From Candidatus Curtissbacteria bacterium RIFCSPLOWO2_02_41_11 (GTDB lineage: Bacteria > Patescibacteriota > Microgenomatia > Curtissbacterales > GWA2-41-24), in NCBI GenBank assembly GCA_001775055.1, contig MFBU01000007.1:1683-65682 (forward strand): a stretch of DNA of 64,000 nucleotides, written 5' to 3'. Both the position numbers and the translations under genes were made by a program. Shown here piece by piece: positions 63,917 through 64,000 of this stretch. The notes beneath the pieces were generated by a model. It searched no databases. It worked only from the letters and a program-made list of their open reading frames with translations, and had not been told where the DNA came from. The stretch's first letter is position 1. Every line of letters starts with the position of its first letter.

Positions 63917-64000
63917 AATTCCTCTCAATAATCAACCTGGATGTCATCTGAATCAGAACCAACCGGTAAAACCTTAACATTTGAACAAATGAATAGCCGT

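Noticed and set aside
1-64000. Prophage, integrative element or autonomous transposon
   Set aside because: I found no integrase, transposase, terminase, capsid or tail genes. The mobile-looking DNA in this window is limited to non-autonomous repeat elements and TA modules.

Overview
This 64-kb window is gene-dense (about 75 CDSs on both strands) and AT-rich. It reads as chromosomal housekeeping DNA from a small-genome bacterium. Short proteins, two GT39 glycosyltransferases, a UbiA/DPPR-synthase-like gene and the SUF gene complement make a Patescibacteria/CPR-like lineage plausible, but that is inference. I did not find rRNA genes, CRISPR arrays, transposases, integrases or phage structural genes.

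Housekeeping genes I recognise:
- nadK, one tRNA (anticodon UAU), an aquaporin, transaldolase, class II fructose-bisphosphate aldolase and rpiB.
- A complete suf locus: Rrf2 regulator, then sufC, sufB, two unknown genes, sufD, a Rieske protein, sufS, sufU and a ferredoxin.
- trxB, transketolase, groES-groEL, pyrG, tsaD, valS and ribosomal protein bL25.
- A cell-envelope glycosylation cluster (GT39 x2, WecA/MraY-family, UbiA-family), an M23 peptidase, a VanW protein, and a polysaccharide cluster (DUF4012 protein, Wzz-like, Wzx flippase, RNase HI).

Accessory content:
- A Phd/YefM-ParE toxin-antitoxin pair.
- A VapBC pair that looks inserted next to a Pol-beta-type nucleotidyltransferase gene, with an ~85-bp duplication marking the junction.
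- A VirD4/TraD-like membrane ATPase.
- Several cassettes flanked by inverted repeats.
- A candidate ~90-nt sRNA with its own promoter and terminator.

The most unusual feature is the repeat content. The window carries several families of short, GC-richer, palindromic dispersed repeats (MITE-like, no transposase in the window). They occur in intergenic regions and also in-frame inside conserved housekeeping genes: sufC, sufS, tkt (two sites), tsaD (three sites), fba, rpiB, valS, the nucleotidyltransferase gene and probably the FAD oxidoreductase. The same ~130-bp element sits in the same frame in both sufC and tkt, encoding 'ISGPVSG...TATR' in each. This resembles Rickettsia palindromic element behaviour and is my main candidate for something undescribed here.

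All functional calls rest on motif recognition by eye; no database search was possible.
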